The notes: generated by a model not told the origin, from the sequence alone. A stretch of 32,000 nucleotides of DNA from Cylindrospermopsis raciborskii Cr2010 (GCF_003367075.2 NZ_CP065936.1:2100001-2132000), one strand, 5' to 3'; positions 8,266-18,594 are shown, counted from the stretch's first letter. Translations and numbers: made by a program.

Positions 8266-10257
8266 TTATTTATCAAAAACCGAGCTAGGGATCCAGACGG
8301 TAAAGATTGAGCCAACACCTACTGTTGACTCCACTTCAATACGACCACGGTGGAGTTCCACTATTTGTTTAGTTAGGGCTAAACCAATGCCTGTACCTTC
8401 ATAGGGACGATGATAGGAGGCATCTACCTGCTGAAACTTTTCAAAAACCAGGGGTAATTTTTCTTCTGGAATGCCAATTCCAGTATCTTCTACTTGAAAG
8501 ATAACGGTATTGTCTTCTACCCAAAATCGGAGGGTGACATTTCCACCTTGGGGTGTAAATTTGATGGCATTAGTTAATAGGTTCCAAATAATTTGCTCTA
8601 TTCTACCAGGATCAGCGCTAAATTGATCATGGCGTGGATTTACCTGCACGTCTAGTTTCAAGGTAACTTTGGCATTGGTGCTTTTTTCGAGTAGGGAATC
8701 TACTATATTTTCTGCTAACCTAGTTAGGGAAAACTCACAAATATTTAATACAGTTTTGCCAGCTTGAATTTGTGATAAATCCAGAATATCATTAATCATG
8801 TCTAAGAGTCTTTCACCACTGTCGTGGATTGTTTGTAAATATTCCCTTTGTCGTGGTGTCAGTTCTCCCAAAGGCCAACGTAATAAGGTAGAGGACATAC
8901 CAATTACATAGGTAAGGGGGGTTAATAGTTCGTGACTAATAGTAGCTAAAAACTCATTTCTAATTCGACTGGCTGCTTCTGCGGCTAAAAGTGCTTCCCG
9001 CAGGGCCATAGTTCTTTCAATTACTCTTTGTTCTAAAGTTTGTTTTTCTTGGGTTAATTTGCGTGTTGCTTCCCGCAATGAGTCCATTAATTGTGACTGA
9101 TTAATGGCGATCGCTAACTGTTCAGCAATGGAAGATAATAGGGCTTTTTCGGGTTCTGTCCATTGTCGAGGAGCATGACATTGGTGAGCAATTAGTAATC
9201 CCCACAGTTTGTTTTCAAAAATAATTGGTGCCACCACTTTAGCACGAATTTGATTGGTTCGGAGGAAATTTAGCAGGCAATTTTCCAGTATGTAGGTTTT
9301 TTCCACATCTTCCACGACTAAAATAAAACCCTGGTGATATTTTTGCCAACATGGGGAGTGCACTGCTAAACAGTCTTCTTGGGAGTTTAATATGGAGTTG
9401 ATTGATTCTCCACCAAGGGATTCATAAATTACACAGCCTCCATTGTGTTCAGAATCTTGGGTAAACCACTGATGATCTACGGATCTAGGAGAGAAATATT
9501 GAGATTGGGGAGATGTTAAAGAATTGTTAGGAATAAGATCATGAAGATTATTAATGGGATTATTAATAGGAGCTGAAACAAATTTATAAATTACCAGTCT
9601 ATCCAACTCTAGAAATTCCCGCACTTGGGTGATTGCTGTAGACATGATTACGGGGAGATCTAAGCTTTTACGAATTTGAGTAGTTACTTGATTTAAGAGT
9701 TTTTCTTGGGCAATTTGTTTGGTAAGAGCATCTTCCACAGGTTTACAAGTAAACCCTTCTGGTGGTAGAGAATGCGGATTAATTGTATTTTGACTAATAG
9801 TAGGGAGTAAATATTGTAACAACAAAATTGTGAATTTACTTTGGTAAGTGGCATTATTTGCTCCCAGGAGTTCTCTACACTGCAAGATATTTTGATGAAT
9901 GTGAGAATTAGCAGCAAACAATTCGCTTAGTCTAGTGGCAAAATTTGCGATCGCCTCCGAGTTAAAAGTGAAGTGAATATGGAGGGACTCCAAAGTTGTA
10001 TCCGATATGGACTGACCTTGTTGAGCACCGTCTGGAAGATTGCCAAGTAAAAGAGCGCTAAATTGCTGAGAGACTACAAGAATAAATCTTTGTGGTTGCC
10101 ACCCTGGGGGAACAGAGATTCGTACTAACACTGCTTCTGTAAGTATGAGAGCAGCACTATCTACTTCGTGAGCTACCTGATGCAACAAATCACCAAGTTG
10201 ATTAAATATACTCAAAGGTAAGATGCCAGCAAAGCTCAAATCGGTGTCACTAAGCAT
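8266..10257 (-). CDS. Sensor histidine kinase: N-terminal uncharacterised sensor region, then GAF, HisKA and HATPase_c
   Basis: The H-box is FLATISHELLTPLTY. The N-box is NLLTNAIKFTP and the G-boxes are VEDTGIGIP / GTGIGLALTKQIVELHRG. The GAF-like segment is LDRLVIYKF...LWGLLIAHQC. It sits 23 bp upstream of nanE on the same strand. Confidence 0.9.
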   Translation of the reverse strand: MLSDTDLSFAGILPLSIFNQLGDLLHQVAHEVDSAALILTEAVLVRISVPPGWQPQRFILVVSQQFSALLLGNLPDGAQQGQSISDTTLESLHIHFTFNSEAIANFATRLSELFAANSHIHQNILQCRELLGANNATYQSKFTILLLQYLLPTISQNTINPHSLPPEGFTCKPVEDALTKQIAQEKLLNQVTTQIRKSLDLPVIMSTAITQVREFLELDRLVIYKFVSAPINNPINNLHDLIPNNSLTSPQSQYFSPRSVDHQWFTQDSEHNGGCVIYESLGGESINSILNSQEDCLAVHSPCWQKYHQGFILVVEDVEKTYILENCLLNFLRTNQIRAKVVAPIIFENKLWGLLIAHQCHAPRQWTEPEKALLSSIAEQLAIAINQSQLMDSLREATRKLTQEKQTLEQRVIERTMALREALLAAEAASRIRNEFLATISHELLTPLTYVIGMSSTLLRWPLGELTPRQREYLQTIHDSGERLLDMINDILDLSQIQAGKTVLNICEFSLTRLAENIVDSLLEKSTNAKVTLKLDVQVNPRHDQFSADPGRIEQIIWNLLTNAIKFTPQGGNVTLRFWVEDNTVIFQVEDTGIGIPEEKLPLVFEKFQQVDASYHRPYEGTGIGLALTKQIVELHRGRIEVESTVGVGSIFTVWIPSSVFDK

Positions 10258-10473
10258 TTTGAAGATTTTAATGAAATGGGCGGAATGCCTGAAAGTTGGA
10301 AAAAACAGGCCAAATAATTCCCTTGCTTGTGGGTAATTAGTTGTGGTATACTGGTTTTTTAGGTGGTTTTATCCATGGTACTATGGAAGGTTGTTGTTAA
10401 TCCCAAGTTAGTCCTGGTAATCAGTAAAAGTGTTCAGGTTTAAGAGTGTTCGGGGGAAATTCATTAAAGAATT

Positions 10474-13400
10474 ATGCATCGTATCAATGCCACACCGGGT
10501 GGGTGGAACGAATCAGAAAGTTTGATATTTCTGGAACAAACCCCAGCCCCTTTTATATTTATCACTGCTGCTGACACAGATATACAAACCCTAGCCACAA
10601 CAGTGCCAAAATTGCCCGTTCAATTTCCCCAGATGAGAGTTGCCAATCTGCTGCAATTACAGCAACAGATGACCATAGACACTTACGCTGAAGAAGTGTT
10701 GGAACTTGCTCAGGTAATAGTTTTACGTCTACTAGGAGGGGGTTCCTATTGGGCTTATGGTTTGGAGGTAGTACAAGAAATTGTAGCCACCAACTGCACT
10801 AGTCTTATTGTAATGCCAGGAGACGACGCTCTTGATCTGGATTTAATATCTAAGTCTACTGTTTCTGAAAAAATTGTTCGTCAGGTGTGGGAGTATTTTC
10901 AAGAAGGTGGCACGGAAAACTTTCTGAATGGTTTGTTATTTGTCTGTGATAATTGTCTCTCCACTGGATTTCACCCAGCACCACCACAAGCTGTCCCCAG
11001 GGTAGGACTATATGAACCCGCAAAACCGGAAAGTAGTAAATCCCTGGATGAGTTAGATTTTTCCCAATTACCCAGAGTAGGTATTTTATTCTATCGCGCT
11101 CATTATTTGGCAGGTAATGTTCGTGTAATTGATGCTTTGTGTCATGCTCTAGTGAGAAAAAATCTGCATCCAGTCCCGGTTTTTGTTTCTTCCTTGCGGG
11201 AACCGGGTGTGAGCGAACAATTAGTCCACCTATTCCAATCTTGCGAGAATCACCATATTGATTTATTACTCAACACCACGAGTTTTTCCTTAGCACGTTT
11301 GGAGACAGAAACACCCCAGGTTGAACTTTGGCAAAAATTGGATGTTCCAGTTTTTCAGGTCATCCTCTCTGGTGGTCCCCTAGAACAATGGACATCCCAA
11401 CTGCAAGGTTTGACCCCCCGGGACATGGCTATGAATGTGGCCTTACCAGAGGTAGATGGCAGAATTATTACTAGAGCTGTATCTTTTAAAACTTTACAAA
11501 CTCGCAATTCCAGTTTAGAAACCGATGTGGTGGTTTATGAACCTGTGGGCGATCGCATTAATTTTGTGGTAGATTTGGCGGCAAATTGGCTGAGATTACG
11601 GCGCAAAATGCCCTCAGAAAGGCGTGTAGCTATAATTTTGGCAAATTACCCTAACACCAATGGCAGATTGGCTAATGGGGTAGGTTTAGATAGTCCTGCT
11701 AGTTGTATAGAAATTCTCTTAGCCTTAGAGAGTGCGGGTTATGATGTGAGTGCCATACCCAAAAACGGTGATGAACTAATCAAAGTTCTTACCGCTGGGG
11801 TGACCAATGATCCGGAAGGTCGGGATTGGAAGCATGTAAATCAATCTGTTTCCTTTGAAGAATATACAAGATATTTTAATACATTACCCAGATCCGTTCA
11901 GGAAGAAGTTCTCAAGCGTTGGGGGAATTGGGAGGTGATGAATTCCGGGGAATCAAGGGGGATATCAGTTTGTGGAGTGAGTTTTGGCCATGTATTTGTG
12001 GGGATTCAACCCGCACGAGGTTATGAACAAGACCCCAGTTTAAATTATCATGCGCCAGATTTAGAACCTACCCATAATTATTTAGCGTTTTATTATTGGG
12101 TCAGGGAAGTGTTTAAGTGTGATGCCATTATTCACCTAGGAAAACACGGCAATTTAGAATGGTTACCCGGTAAAAGTGTGGCCCTATCAAATAGCTGTTA
12201 TCCTGAAGTAGCTTTTGGAGCAACACCCCACTTTTACCCTTTTATTGTCAATGATCCCGGAGAGGGTTCCCAGGCTAAACGTCGCTCTCAAGCGGTGATT
12301 ATTGACCATTTAACCCCACCCATGACCCGTGCGGAATTATACGGTTCCCTACAAAAGGTAGAAAATTTAATCGATGAGTATTATGAAGCAGAAACCTTAG
12401 ATCCTTCCCGACTACCCACATTAAGACAGCGTATTCAAGAGTTAGTGATCCAAGAACATCTTTACCAAGATTTAGGGATCAAAGACGAAAAAGATATCCT
12501 TAACTTTGAATCTGCCATTTTAAACTCTTTAGATGGTTATCTGTGTGAACTTAAAGAAGCACAAATCCGTGACGGGTTACACATTTTTGGACAAGTTCCC
12601 CAGGGGAGACAATTAAGAGACTTAATAGTGGCGATCGCCCGGATTCCCAACCGTCATTCTCCGGGAATCACCCGTGCTATAGCTCAAGACTGGGGATTAA
12701 ATATTGACCCGTTAACAGCAAAATATGGTGACATATTTCATCCACCATCAACTCCGTTACCCAATTGGGTTTCCAGGGAGATGGAAATAAAGTCCTGTCG
12801 CACCCAGGGCGATGTGGTAGAATTTCTGGAGGAACAAGCTGCTTTTCTGGTCACTCAAATTATAGAAAATCAGTTACATGGAACCAACACTAGCCAAGAC
12901 GAGTCCTCAACTCAACAAGTTGTGAACTGGATAGAATCAAAACTACTTCCAGCTCTAGAAAAGACCACCGAAGAAATAGGTAATTTACTGCGGGGATTAG
13001 ATGGTAAGTACGTCCCCAGCGCTGCATCTGGATCACCTACTAGAGGGAGACCAGAAGTGCTACCTACAGGTAGGAATTTTTATGCTGTGGATATTCGAGC
13101 TATCCCCACAGAAACAGCTTGGGATGTAGGTAGAAAAGCGGCGGAAAACTTGATTGAAACCTATACTCAAGAACAGGGGGAATATCCCAAAACTCTAGGT
13201 TTATCAGTGTGGGGAACTTCCACCATGAGAACCGGAGGTGATGACATTGCTGAGGCCTTAGCCCTATTGGGCGTACAACCTATTTGGGATGGTGCAGCAA
13301 GAAGGGTTATAGACTTTGAAATCTTACCCCTGTCCATTTTAGGTCGTCCCCGCGTGGATGTTACTTTGAGAATTTCTGGCTTTTTCCGGGATGCTTTCCC

Positions 13401-14277
13401 CAATTTAATCGACCTATTCTCTCGAGCAGTGGTAGCAGTGGCAAATTTGGATGAACCACCAGAGGAAAATCCCCTAGTAACTGCTGTGGGACAAGATATT
13501 GACCTGTGGACCCAGCAGGGATTAAGTTTAGAAGTGGCTACAGAAAAATCTCTTTATCGTGTTTTTGGTTCCCAACCAGGAACCTATGGTACGGGAATTC
13601 AAGGTTTAATAGCCTCTCAAAATTGGCAAAGTGACCAAGATTTAGCTCAGGCCTATATTAATTGGAGTTCTCATCCCTACTTGGGAACTGTGGAGTCACC
13701 ATCTTCAGTTGCTAACACTGAAATTTTTGTAGAACGTTTAAAGCAAATGCAAATCGTTTTACACAATCAAGATAATCGAGAACACGATTTACTTGATTCT
13801 GATGACTATTATCAATTTCAAGGAGGTTTAACCGCAGCAGTTCGTTCTATTCAGGGTAAAAACCCAGAAACCTATTTTGGAGATCATGCCAATACGAACC
13901 AACCAAAAGTCCGCAAACTGAAAGAGGAAATTGCCAGGGTTTATCGCTCCCGGGTTATTAACCCCAAGTGGATTGAAGGGGTAATGCGCCATGGTTATAA
14001 GGGTGCTTTTGAAATAGCAGCAACAGTGGACTTTTTATTCGGTTATGATGCTACCACTCAATGTGTAGAAGACTACATGTATACAGGAATTTTTGACAGT
14101 TACTTACAAGATACAAAAGTTTGTGAATTCATTCGAGAAAAGAATCCTTGGGCCTTGCGTGATATAGCTGAAAGGTTATTAGAAGCACACCAAAGGAGAT
14201 TATGGCAAAATGTCAGTCTAGAAACCTTAGAGACCTTGAGAAACCTGGTACATGAGGCGGAGTCCCTGGTAGAATGA
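10474..14277 (+). CDS. cobN: Cobaltochelatase large subunit CobN
   Basis: 1267 aa. It has HLGKHGNLEWLPGK, NDPGEGSQAKRRSQAVIIDHLTPP, LDGKYVPSAASGSPTRGRPEVLPTGRNFYAVD and RISGFFRD, which are CobN-type variants of the CobN/ChlH family motifs. Confidence 0.9.
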   Translation: MHRINATPGGWNESESLIFLEQTPAPFIFITAADTDIQTLATTVPKLPVQFPQMRVANLLQLQQQMTIDTYAEEVLELAQVIVLRLLGGGSYWAYGLEVVQEIVATNCTSLIVMPGDDALDLDLISKSTVSEKIVRQVWEYFQEGGTENFLNGLLFVCDNCLSTGFHPAPPQAVPRVGLYEPAKPESSKSLDELDFSQLPRVGILFYRAHYLAGNVRVIDALCHALVRKNLHPVPVFVSSLREPGVSEQLVHLFQSCENHHIDLLLNTTSFSLARLETETPQVELWQKLDVPVFQVILSGGPLEQWTSQLQGLTPRDMAMNVALPEVDGRIITRAVSFKTLQTRNSSLETDVVVYEPVGDRINFVVDLAANWLRLRRKMPSERRVAIILANYPNTNGRLANGVGLDSPASCIEILLALESAGYDVSAIPKNGDELIKVLTAGVTNDPEGRDWKHVNQSVSFEEYTRYFNTLPRSVQEEVLKRWGNWEVMNSGESRGISVCGVSFGHVFVGIQPARGYEQDPSLNYHAPDLEPTHNYLAFYYWVREVFKCDAIIHLGKHGNLEWLPGKSVALSNSCYPEVAFGATPHFYPFIVNDPGEGSQAKRRSQAVIIDHLTPPMTRAELYGSLQKVENLIDEYYEAETLDPSRLPTLRQRIQELVIQEHLYQDLGIKDEKDILNFESAILNSLDGYLCELKEAQIRDGLHIFGQVPQGRQLRDLIVAIARIPNRHSPGITRAIAQDWGLNIDPLTAKYGDIFHPPSTPLPNWVSREMEIKSCRTQGDVVEFLEEQAAFLVTQIIENQLHGTNTSQDESSTQQVVNWIESKLLPALEKTTEEIGNLLRGLDGKYVPSAASGSPTRGRPEVLPTGRNFYAVDIRAIPTETAWDVGRKAAENLIETYTQEQGEYPKTLGLSVWGTSTMRTGGDDIAEALALLGVQPIWDGAARRVIDFEILPLSILGRPRVDVTLRISGFFRDAFPNLIDLFSRAVVAVANLDEPPEENPLVTAVGQDIDLWTQQGLSLEVATEKSLYRVFGSQPGTYGTGIQGLIASQNWQSDQDLAQAYINWSSHPYLGTVESPSSVANTEIFVERLKQMQIVLHNQDNREHDLLDSDDYYQFQGGLTAAVRSIQGKNPETYFGDHANTNQPKVRKLKEEIARVYRSRVINPKWIEGVMRHGYKGAFEIAATVDFLFGYDATTQCVEDYMYTGIFDSYLQDTKVCEFIREKNPWALRDIAERLLEAHQRRLWQNVSLETLETLRNLVHEAESLVE

Positions 14278-14291
14278 ACTATCTTGATAAA

Positions 14292-14348
14292 TATTGTCAA
14301 TAGGTCTCGACTATTGCAAATCAGTCCTGGGGTTTGTTATATTGTCAA
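14292..14348 (+). promoter_or_regulatory. Three TATTG(T)CAA repeats in the furA upstream region; candidate Fur boxes or promoter elements
   Basis: tattgtcaa at 14292-14300, tattgcaaa at 14312-14320 and tattgtcaa at 14340-14348. The outer two are part of an exact 11-mer, atattgtcaat. They lie 29-85 nt upstream of the furA ATG. Confidence 0.35.
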
Positions 14349-14376
14349 TTAGCAGGCTTTGTTGAGAATATTTAGT

Positions 14377-14832
14377 ATGACTGTCTACACAACTGGTTCG
14401 CTTAAGGCAGAACTAAACGATCGAGGCTGGCGTTTAACTCCTCAAAGGGAAACAATTCTACATATTTTTCAAGAATTACCCCAGGGTGAACATTTAAGCG
14501 CAGAGGATCTTCATTATCGCCTAGAAAATGAGGGTGAAAGCATAAGTCTATCCACTGTCTACAGGACACTCAAGTTGATGGCTAGACTGGGAATTCTGCG
14601 GGAATTAGAACTAGGTGAGGGGCATAAGCACTATGAATTAAATCAGCCCTATCCCCATCATCACCATCACCTAATCTGTGTGAAATGTAATGCTACGATT
14701 GAGTTCAAAAACGAATCTATTTTGAAAATAGGTACAAAAACAGCACAGAAAGAAGGTTATCAACTCTTGGACTGTCAGTTAACTATCCATGCTGTTTGTC
14801 CTCGGTGTCAGCGAGCATTAATGCCACTTTAG
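14377..14832 (+). CDS. furA: Ferric uptake regulator FurA
   Basis: From ATG 14377 the product is 151 aa: MTVYTTGSLKAELNDRGWRLTPQRETIL...YRTLKLMARLGILRELE...PYPHHHHHLICVKCN...CPRCQ. Cysteines fall at 101, 104, 133, 141 and 144, the pattern I recall for Anabaena PCC 7120 FurA. The TTG start in the track (14359) is probably spurious. Confidence 0.9.
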   Translation: MTVYTTGSLKAELNDRGWRLTPQRETILHIFQELPQGEHLSAEDLHYRLENEGESISLSTVYRTLKLMARLGILRELELGEGHKHYELNQPYPHHHHHLICVKCNATIEFKNESILKIGTKTAQKEGYQLLDCQLTIHAVCPRCQRALMPL

Positions 14833-14902
14833 ATGAGGACAAAAAACAAAGAATTAAAGCTCCCTTACCCAGGTGGTTTGGGAACCTTAATCTTAGTATT
14901 GT

Positions 14903-16201
14903 CTAACTTAGAGACTCTAAATAATCACGAACTAAATTGCGCCGTTTAGGTTGACGGAGCTTCTGCAAAGCCTTAGATTCAATTTGTCTGACCCTTTCGC
15001 GGGAAAGTTCCAGAGCACGCCCTATTTCAGCCAGGGAGTAACTGTGCCCATCAGCTAAACCAAATCTCATCAAAATTACTTCCCGTTCTCTTGTGGTTAG
15101 GTCTGATAGCAAATGGTGTATATCTTTTTGTAAAGACTCTCGCATCAAGGTTTCTTCTGGAGTAATAGTGTCTGTTTCCAGGAGTTCTCCTAATTCTGTG
15201 TCTTTATCCTTACCAACCTTAGTTTCTAGGGAGACAGAACGAGGAACGCGCAACAATACTTCCCGAACTTGGTTAGGGGTCATATCCAGTTCTAGGGCCA
15301 AATCTTCTAAAGTCGGTGTTCTTCCCTTTTCCTGTGCTATTTTGCGCTGTGCTTTTTTGATTTTATTGAGTTTTTCTGTAATGTGAACAGGAAGACGAAT
15401 AGTGCGACTAGATGTGGCAATTGCTCTTGTAATCCCTTGGCGGATCCACCAGTAAGCATAGGTGCTAAAACGATAGCCCTTGGTGGGATCAAATTTTTCC
15501 ACTGCTCTCTCCAGACCCAAAGTTCCTTCTTGCACCAAGTCCAATAGTTCTAAACCACGATTCTGATACTTTTTGGCGACGGATACTACCAGGCGCAAAT
15601 TCGCCTTAATCATGTGTTCCTTGGCCTGTATTCCCTGGGACTGAATCTGGTCTAATTCTTCCACTGTCAACTGGGTAATTTCCGCCCAGCGCCTTTTTCC
15701 TTCCGATAATGTAGGTTTGAGATCCGCCAGTTTGATCCCAGCGGTACTAGCCCACCTTTCTAAGGAAGGACGATGTCCTAATTCAGAGACCAAACGCTCT
15801 TGTACTTGAATTAATTGTAGGTAGGGAACGACTAGAGCATCACCTTGTTTAGCTGCATTGGCTAGTAATAATCTGATTTTCAGATGTCGCTGCACTTTTT
15901 GTGCTTCTCCAACTTCTTCGTCTCTTCCTAATAATCTGACTTTGCCAATTTCTTGTAGATACACTCTTACTAGGTCAGTGCTGCGACGGTTGTTCCCTAC
16001 TAGGTTTTGAGGGTCAACAGCAGCTATTTCTATATCTTCTTCCTGTTCTATGTCTTGTAGGTCATCTAAGGACAGCTCCTCCGATAGATCCCCCCCATCA
16101 GTATTGACATCACCTACATTAATAAGGTCTAACTCAGGTAATGTCAGATGAGACTGTTGGGGATTGTATTCCACTTCTGTATCTAGCGATATGGCTAACA
16201 T
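14903..16201 (-). CDS. Group 2 sigma-70 family RNA polymerase sigma factor with an acidic N-terminal extension
   Basis: STDLVRVYLQEIGKVRLL (region 1.2), ANLRLVVSVAKKYQNRGLELLDLVQEGTLGLERAVEKFDPTKGYRFSTYAYWWIRQ (region 2), RLPVH (region 3) and YSLAEIGRALELSRERVRQIESKAL (region 4.2). Confidence 0.9.
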   Translation of the reverse strand: MLAISLDTEVEYNPQQSHLTLPELDLINVGDVNTDGGDLSEELSLDDLQDIEQEEDIEIAAVDPQNLVGNNRRSTDLVRVYLQEIGKVRLLGRDEEVGEAQKVQRHLKIRLLLANAAKQGDALVVPYLQLIQVQERLVSELGHRPSLERWASTAGIKLADLKPTLSEGKRRWAEITQLTVEELDQIQSQGIQAKEHMIKANLRLVVSVAKKYQNRGLELLDLVQEGTLGLERAVEKFDPTKGYRFSTYAYWWIRQGITRAIATSSRTIRLPVHITEKLNKIKKAQRKIAQEKGRTPTLEDLALELDMTPNQVREVLLRVPRSVSLETKVGKDKDTELGELLETDTITPEETLMRESLQKDIHHLLSDLTTREREVILMRFGLADGHSYSLAEIGRALELSRERVRQIESKALQKLRQPKRRNLVRDYLESLS

Positions 16202-16399
16202 AACTTTTTTATTGCTCCAGGTAACAATGAGGGTCAGCTAAAATTACGGTCTATGAGTTGTACTAATCTAGAAGTCATCTGTTGGGAATTGGCCATAATG
16301 GCAAACAGAAAGATGAAGACCCTTACCCAAAATCATTACTCCTCACTGTCAGGTCTCAACTCTTCCTAATCTTATGCTTGAACAAAACTGTGGTAAACC

Positions 16400-16413
16400 G
16401 TAACAAATTATAC
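16400..16413. promoter_or_regulatory. GTA-N8-TAC motif (NtcA-type core) ~200 nt upstream of the sigma-factor start
   Basis: gtaacaaattatac read directly. Such 6-nt-specified motifs are expected by chance several times per 32 kb, and the spacing to a TAnnnT (-10) box is not ideal. Confidence 0.2.
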
Positions 16414-16735
16414 TTTAGTTGCTTTTAAGGTATGCAATTCGAGATAAGTTATCTTCAGCAAGTATTTTCTGGGAATCTGGCTAAGTGGTTTTATTAACTC
16501 AGCGGGAGGATATTTCCAGTGATTTTGCTGTGGATAAACTACATGGTTACATTTACATGACCGGAAAAGTCTTTTCCTGACAATTTAACAATTTCTTCCG
16601 GTAATTTTTGGGAGATAAGAGGGGGTGAAAAAAAGGTCAAAATTGTTGTTCATTGTCATGATTAGGGTGATTTGACGGACGGTCTGGGATTAACTTTACC
16701 TTTTGTAGTGTGTTTTGGGGTGGGGGGTAAAAACC

Positions 16736-17677
16736 CTATTCGTGATACTCGGACTTCATACCTCTTAACATCAGTTCTTCTAATGCTTGTTGAGGGGTGA
16801 TTAGGCTTTCTAATAAACGATAAACTTGTTGGGTGATGGGCATAGGAATACTTTGTTCTCGAGATAGATGCATCAAGACGTAGCAGGTATTCACCCCTTC
16901 CGCTGTTCCAGGTAGATTGGCAAGAATTTCCGCCAGTGTTTTTCCACGGGCCAATTGATAACCAACCTGGTAATTACGACTTAGAGGGCTATTACAAGTT
17001 GCTAACAAGTCCCCTAGACCGGATAAACCATAAAAAGTTTCCGTTTTCGCACCAAAAATTGCTCCAATGCGAATTATTTCCGCTAAGCCACGAGTTACTA
17101 AGGCTGCTTTAGCGTTAGTTCCTAGGTTCAGTCCGTCACAAATCCCAGCTGCGATCGCCATGACGTTTTTGAGCGTTCCACCTAGTTCCACACCTACCGG
17201 GTCAGGGTTAGTATACACACGAAATCGACTAGATGAAAAGACTTGTTGCACGACTTGAGCTGCCATATTGTTTTTGCTAGCTACCACGGTAGCAGCAGGC
17301 AATTCTTGAGCAATTTCTTGGGATAAATTAGGCCCTGAGAGTACGACTATAGAATGATTAGGAAATTCTGTTTGCCAAATTTGGGAGGGTGTACAAGTGG
17401 TTTCTGGATCTAGACCTTTAGTAGCTGTGACAAATATAGTGTGGGGAGAGACAGGAAAGGACTTAACTAGTGAAGCCACTTCACGAACACCCTTCATAGA
17501 AACAGCGGATAAGACCATATCAACATTATTGATAAGATCACCTAAATGCTGGGATCCATGACGCGACCATACGGTCACTTGATTGCCATTCACACGAGCT
17601 AATTTTGCCAGAGTTGTTCCCCAAGCACCTGCACCTAAAATAAGGATAGATTTAAATTTTTTTTCATTAACTAGCAT
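16736..17677 (-). CDS. gpsA: NAD(P)H-dependent glycerol-3-phosphate dehydrogenase
   Basis: ILGAGAWGTTLAKLA (Rossmann fold), TKGL, GPNLSQEIA, LKNVMAIAAGI and RNYQVG motifs. The start lies 3 nt after the lipA stop. Confidence 0.9.
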   Translation of the reverse strand: MLVNEKKFKSILILGAGAWGTTLAKLARVNGNQVTVWSRHGSQHLGDLINNVDMVLSAVSMKGVREVASLVKSFPVSPHTIFVTATKGLDPETTCTPSQIWQTEFPNHSIVVLSGPNLSQEIAQELPAATVVASKNNMAAQVVQQVFSSSRFRVYTNPDPVGVELGGTLKNVMAIAAGICDGLNLGTNAKAALVTRGLAEIIRIGAIFGAKTETFYGLSGLGDLLATCNSPLSRNYQVGYQLARGKTLAEILANLPGTAEGVNTCYVLMHLSREQSIPMPITQQVYRLLESLITPQQALEELMLRGMKSEYHE

Positions 17678-17680
17678 AAC

Positions 17681-18550
17681 TTATCTTGGAAAAAGCGTCC
17701 TCAACTCTCTGACCTGTTCCGCATGATAGGAGCTTCTGGTCAAAGGGGAAGAAACAACTTGTAGAAACCCCAGTTGCTGACCATAAACTTGCCAGGTAGC
17801 AAATTGTTCAGGGGTAATAAATTCAGAGACTGGGAGATGTTTTGGACTAGGTTGGAGATATTGACCGATAGTCAAAATGTCGCAACCGACCGTTCGCAAA
17901 TCCTGCATAACTTGACGAACTTCCTCATCTGTTTCACCCAGACCCACCATAATACCAGATTTAGTATAGGTTGTGGGTGAAATTTGGCGGGAGCGTTGTA
18001 ATAATTCCATTGTCCGTTGATAATCTCCCTGGGGACGCACTCTCCGATACAGTCTTGGCACTGTCTCCGTGTTGTGATTTAGCACTTCTGGCACTGATTG
18101 TAGCAGACTTTCCAGAGCTTGCCAATTTCCGCATAAATCAGGAATTAAAATCTCTATTGTAGTATTAGGACATACCTCTCGTACAGAATTAATACAGTTG
18201 ACAAACTGGGATGCACCACCATCGGGTAAATCATCTCTATTTACGGAGGTAATTACCAGATGGTTGAGCTGCATTCTGCGCGCAGCTTCTGCTAGTCTTG
18301 AGGGTTCAGTGGGATCCAAGGATTTAGGTTTTTTGTCAAAATCAATGTCACAATAAGGACAAGCTCTGGTGCAAGCAGGACCCATAATTAAAAATGTGGC
18401 GGTTCCAGCGTTGAAGCATTCCCCAATATTGGGACAGGAGGCCTCCTCGCAAACCGTATTCAGGGACAAATCCCGCAAGATCTCTTTGATGTTACCTACA
18501 CGTTGCCACTGGGGTGCTTTTACCCGCAACCACTCTGGTTTTACTGCCAC
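17681..18550 (-). CDS. lipA: Lipoyl synthase
   Basis: [22 protein letters not shown] and the radical-SAM motif [10 protein letters not shown]. The start is GTG at 18550. Confidence 0.95.
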   Translation of the reverse strand: MAVKPEWLRVKAPQWQRVGNIKEILRDLSLNTVCEEASCPNIGECFNAGTATFLIMGPACTRACPYCDIDFDKKPKSLDPTEPSRLAEAARRMQLNHLVITSVNRDDLPDGGASQFVNCINSVREVCPNTTIEILIPDLCGNWQALESLLQSVPEVLNHNTETVPRLYRRVRPQGDYQRTMELLQRSRQISPTTYTKSGIMVGLGETDEEVRQVMQDLRTVGCDILTIGQYLQPSPKHLPVSEFITPEQFATWQVYGQQLGFLQVVSSPLTRSSYHAEQVRELRTLFPR

Positions 18551-18594
18551 AATTGTCTCTAATGATCTAATTTGTACAAGTATTATCTTAACAT

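Noticed and set aside
10258-10473. Possible cobalamin riboswitch in the 216-bp region upstream of cobN.
   Set aside because: I could not find the B12-box or the conserved GGGAA / GGTGAAAATCC-type core elements. Only vague resemblances are present, which is not supportable without a covariance-model scan.
14833-14902. Bidirectional terminator between furA and the sigma gene.
   Set aside because: Only a 4-bp stem (CCCA...TGGG) is visible and there is no U-tract. This is too weak to call, and its absence is used instead as the basis for the antisense read-through hypothesis.
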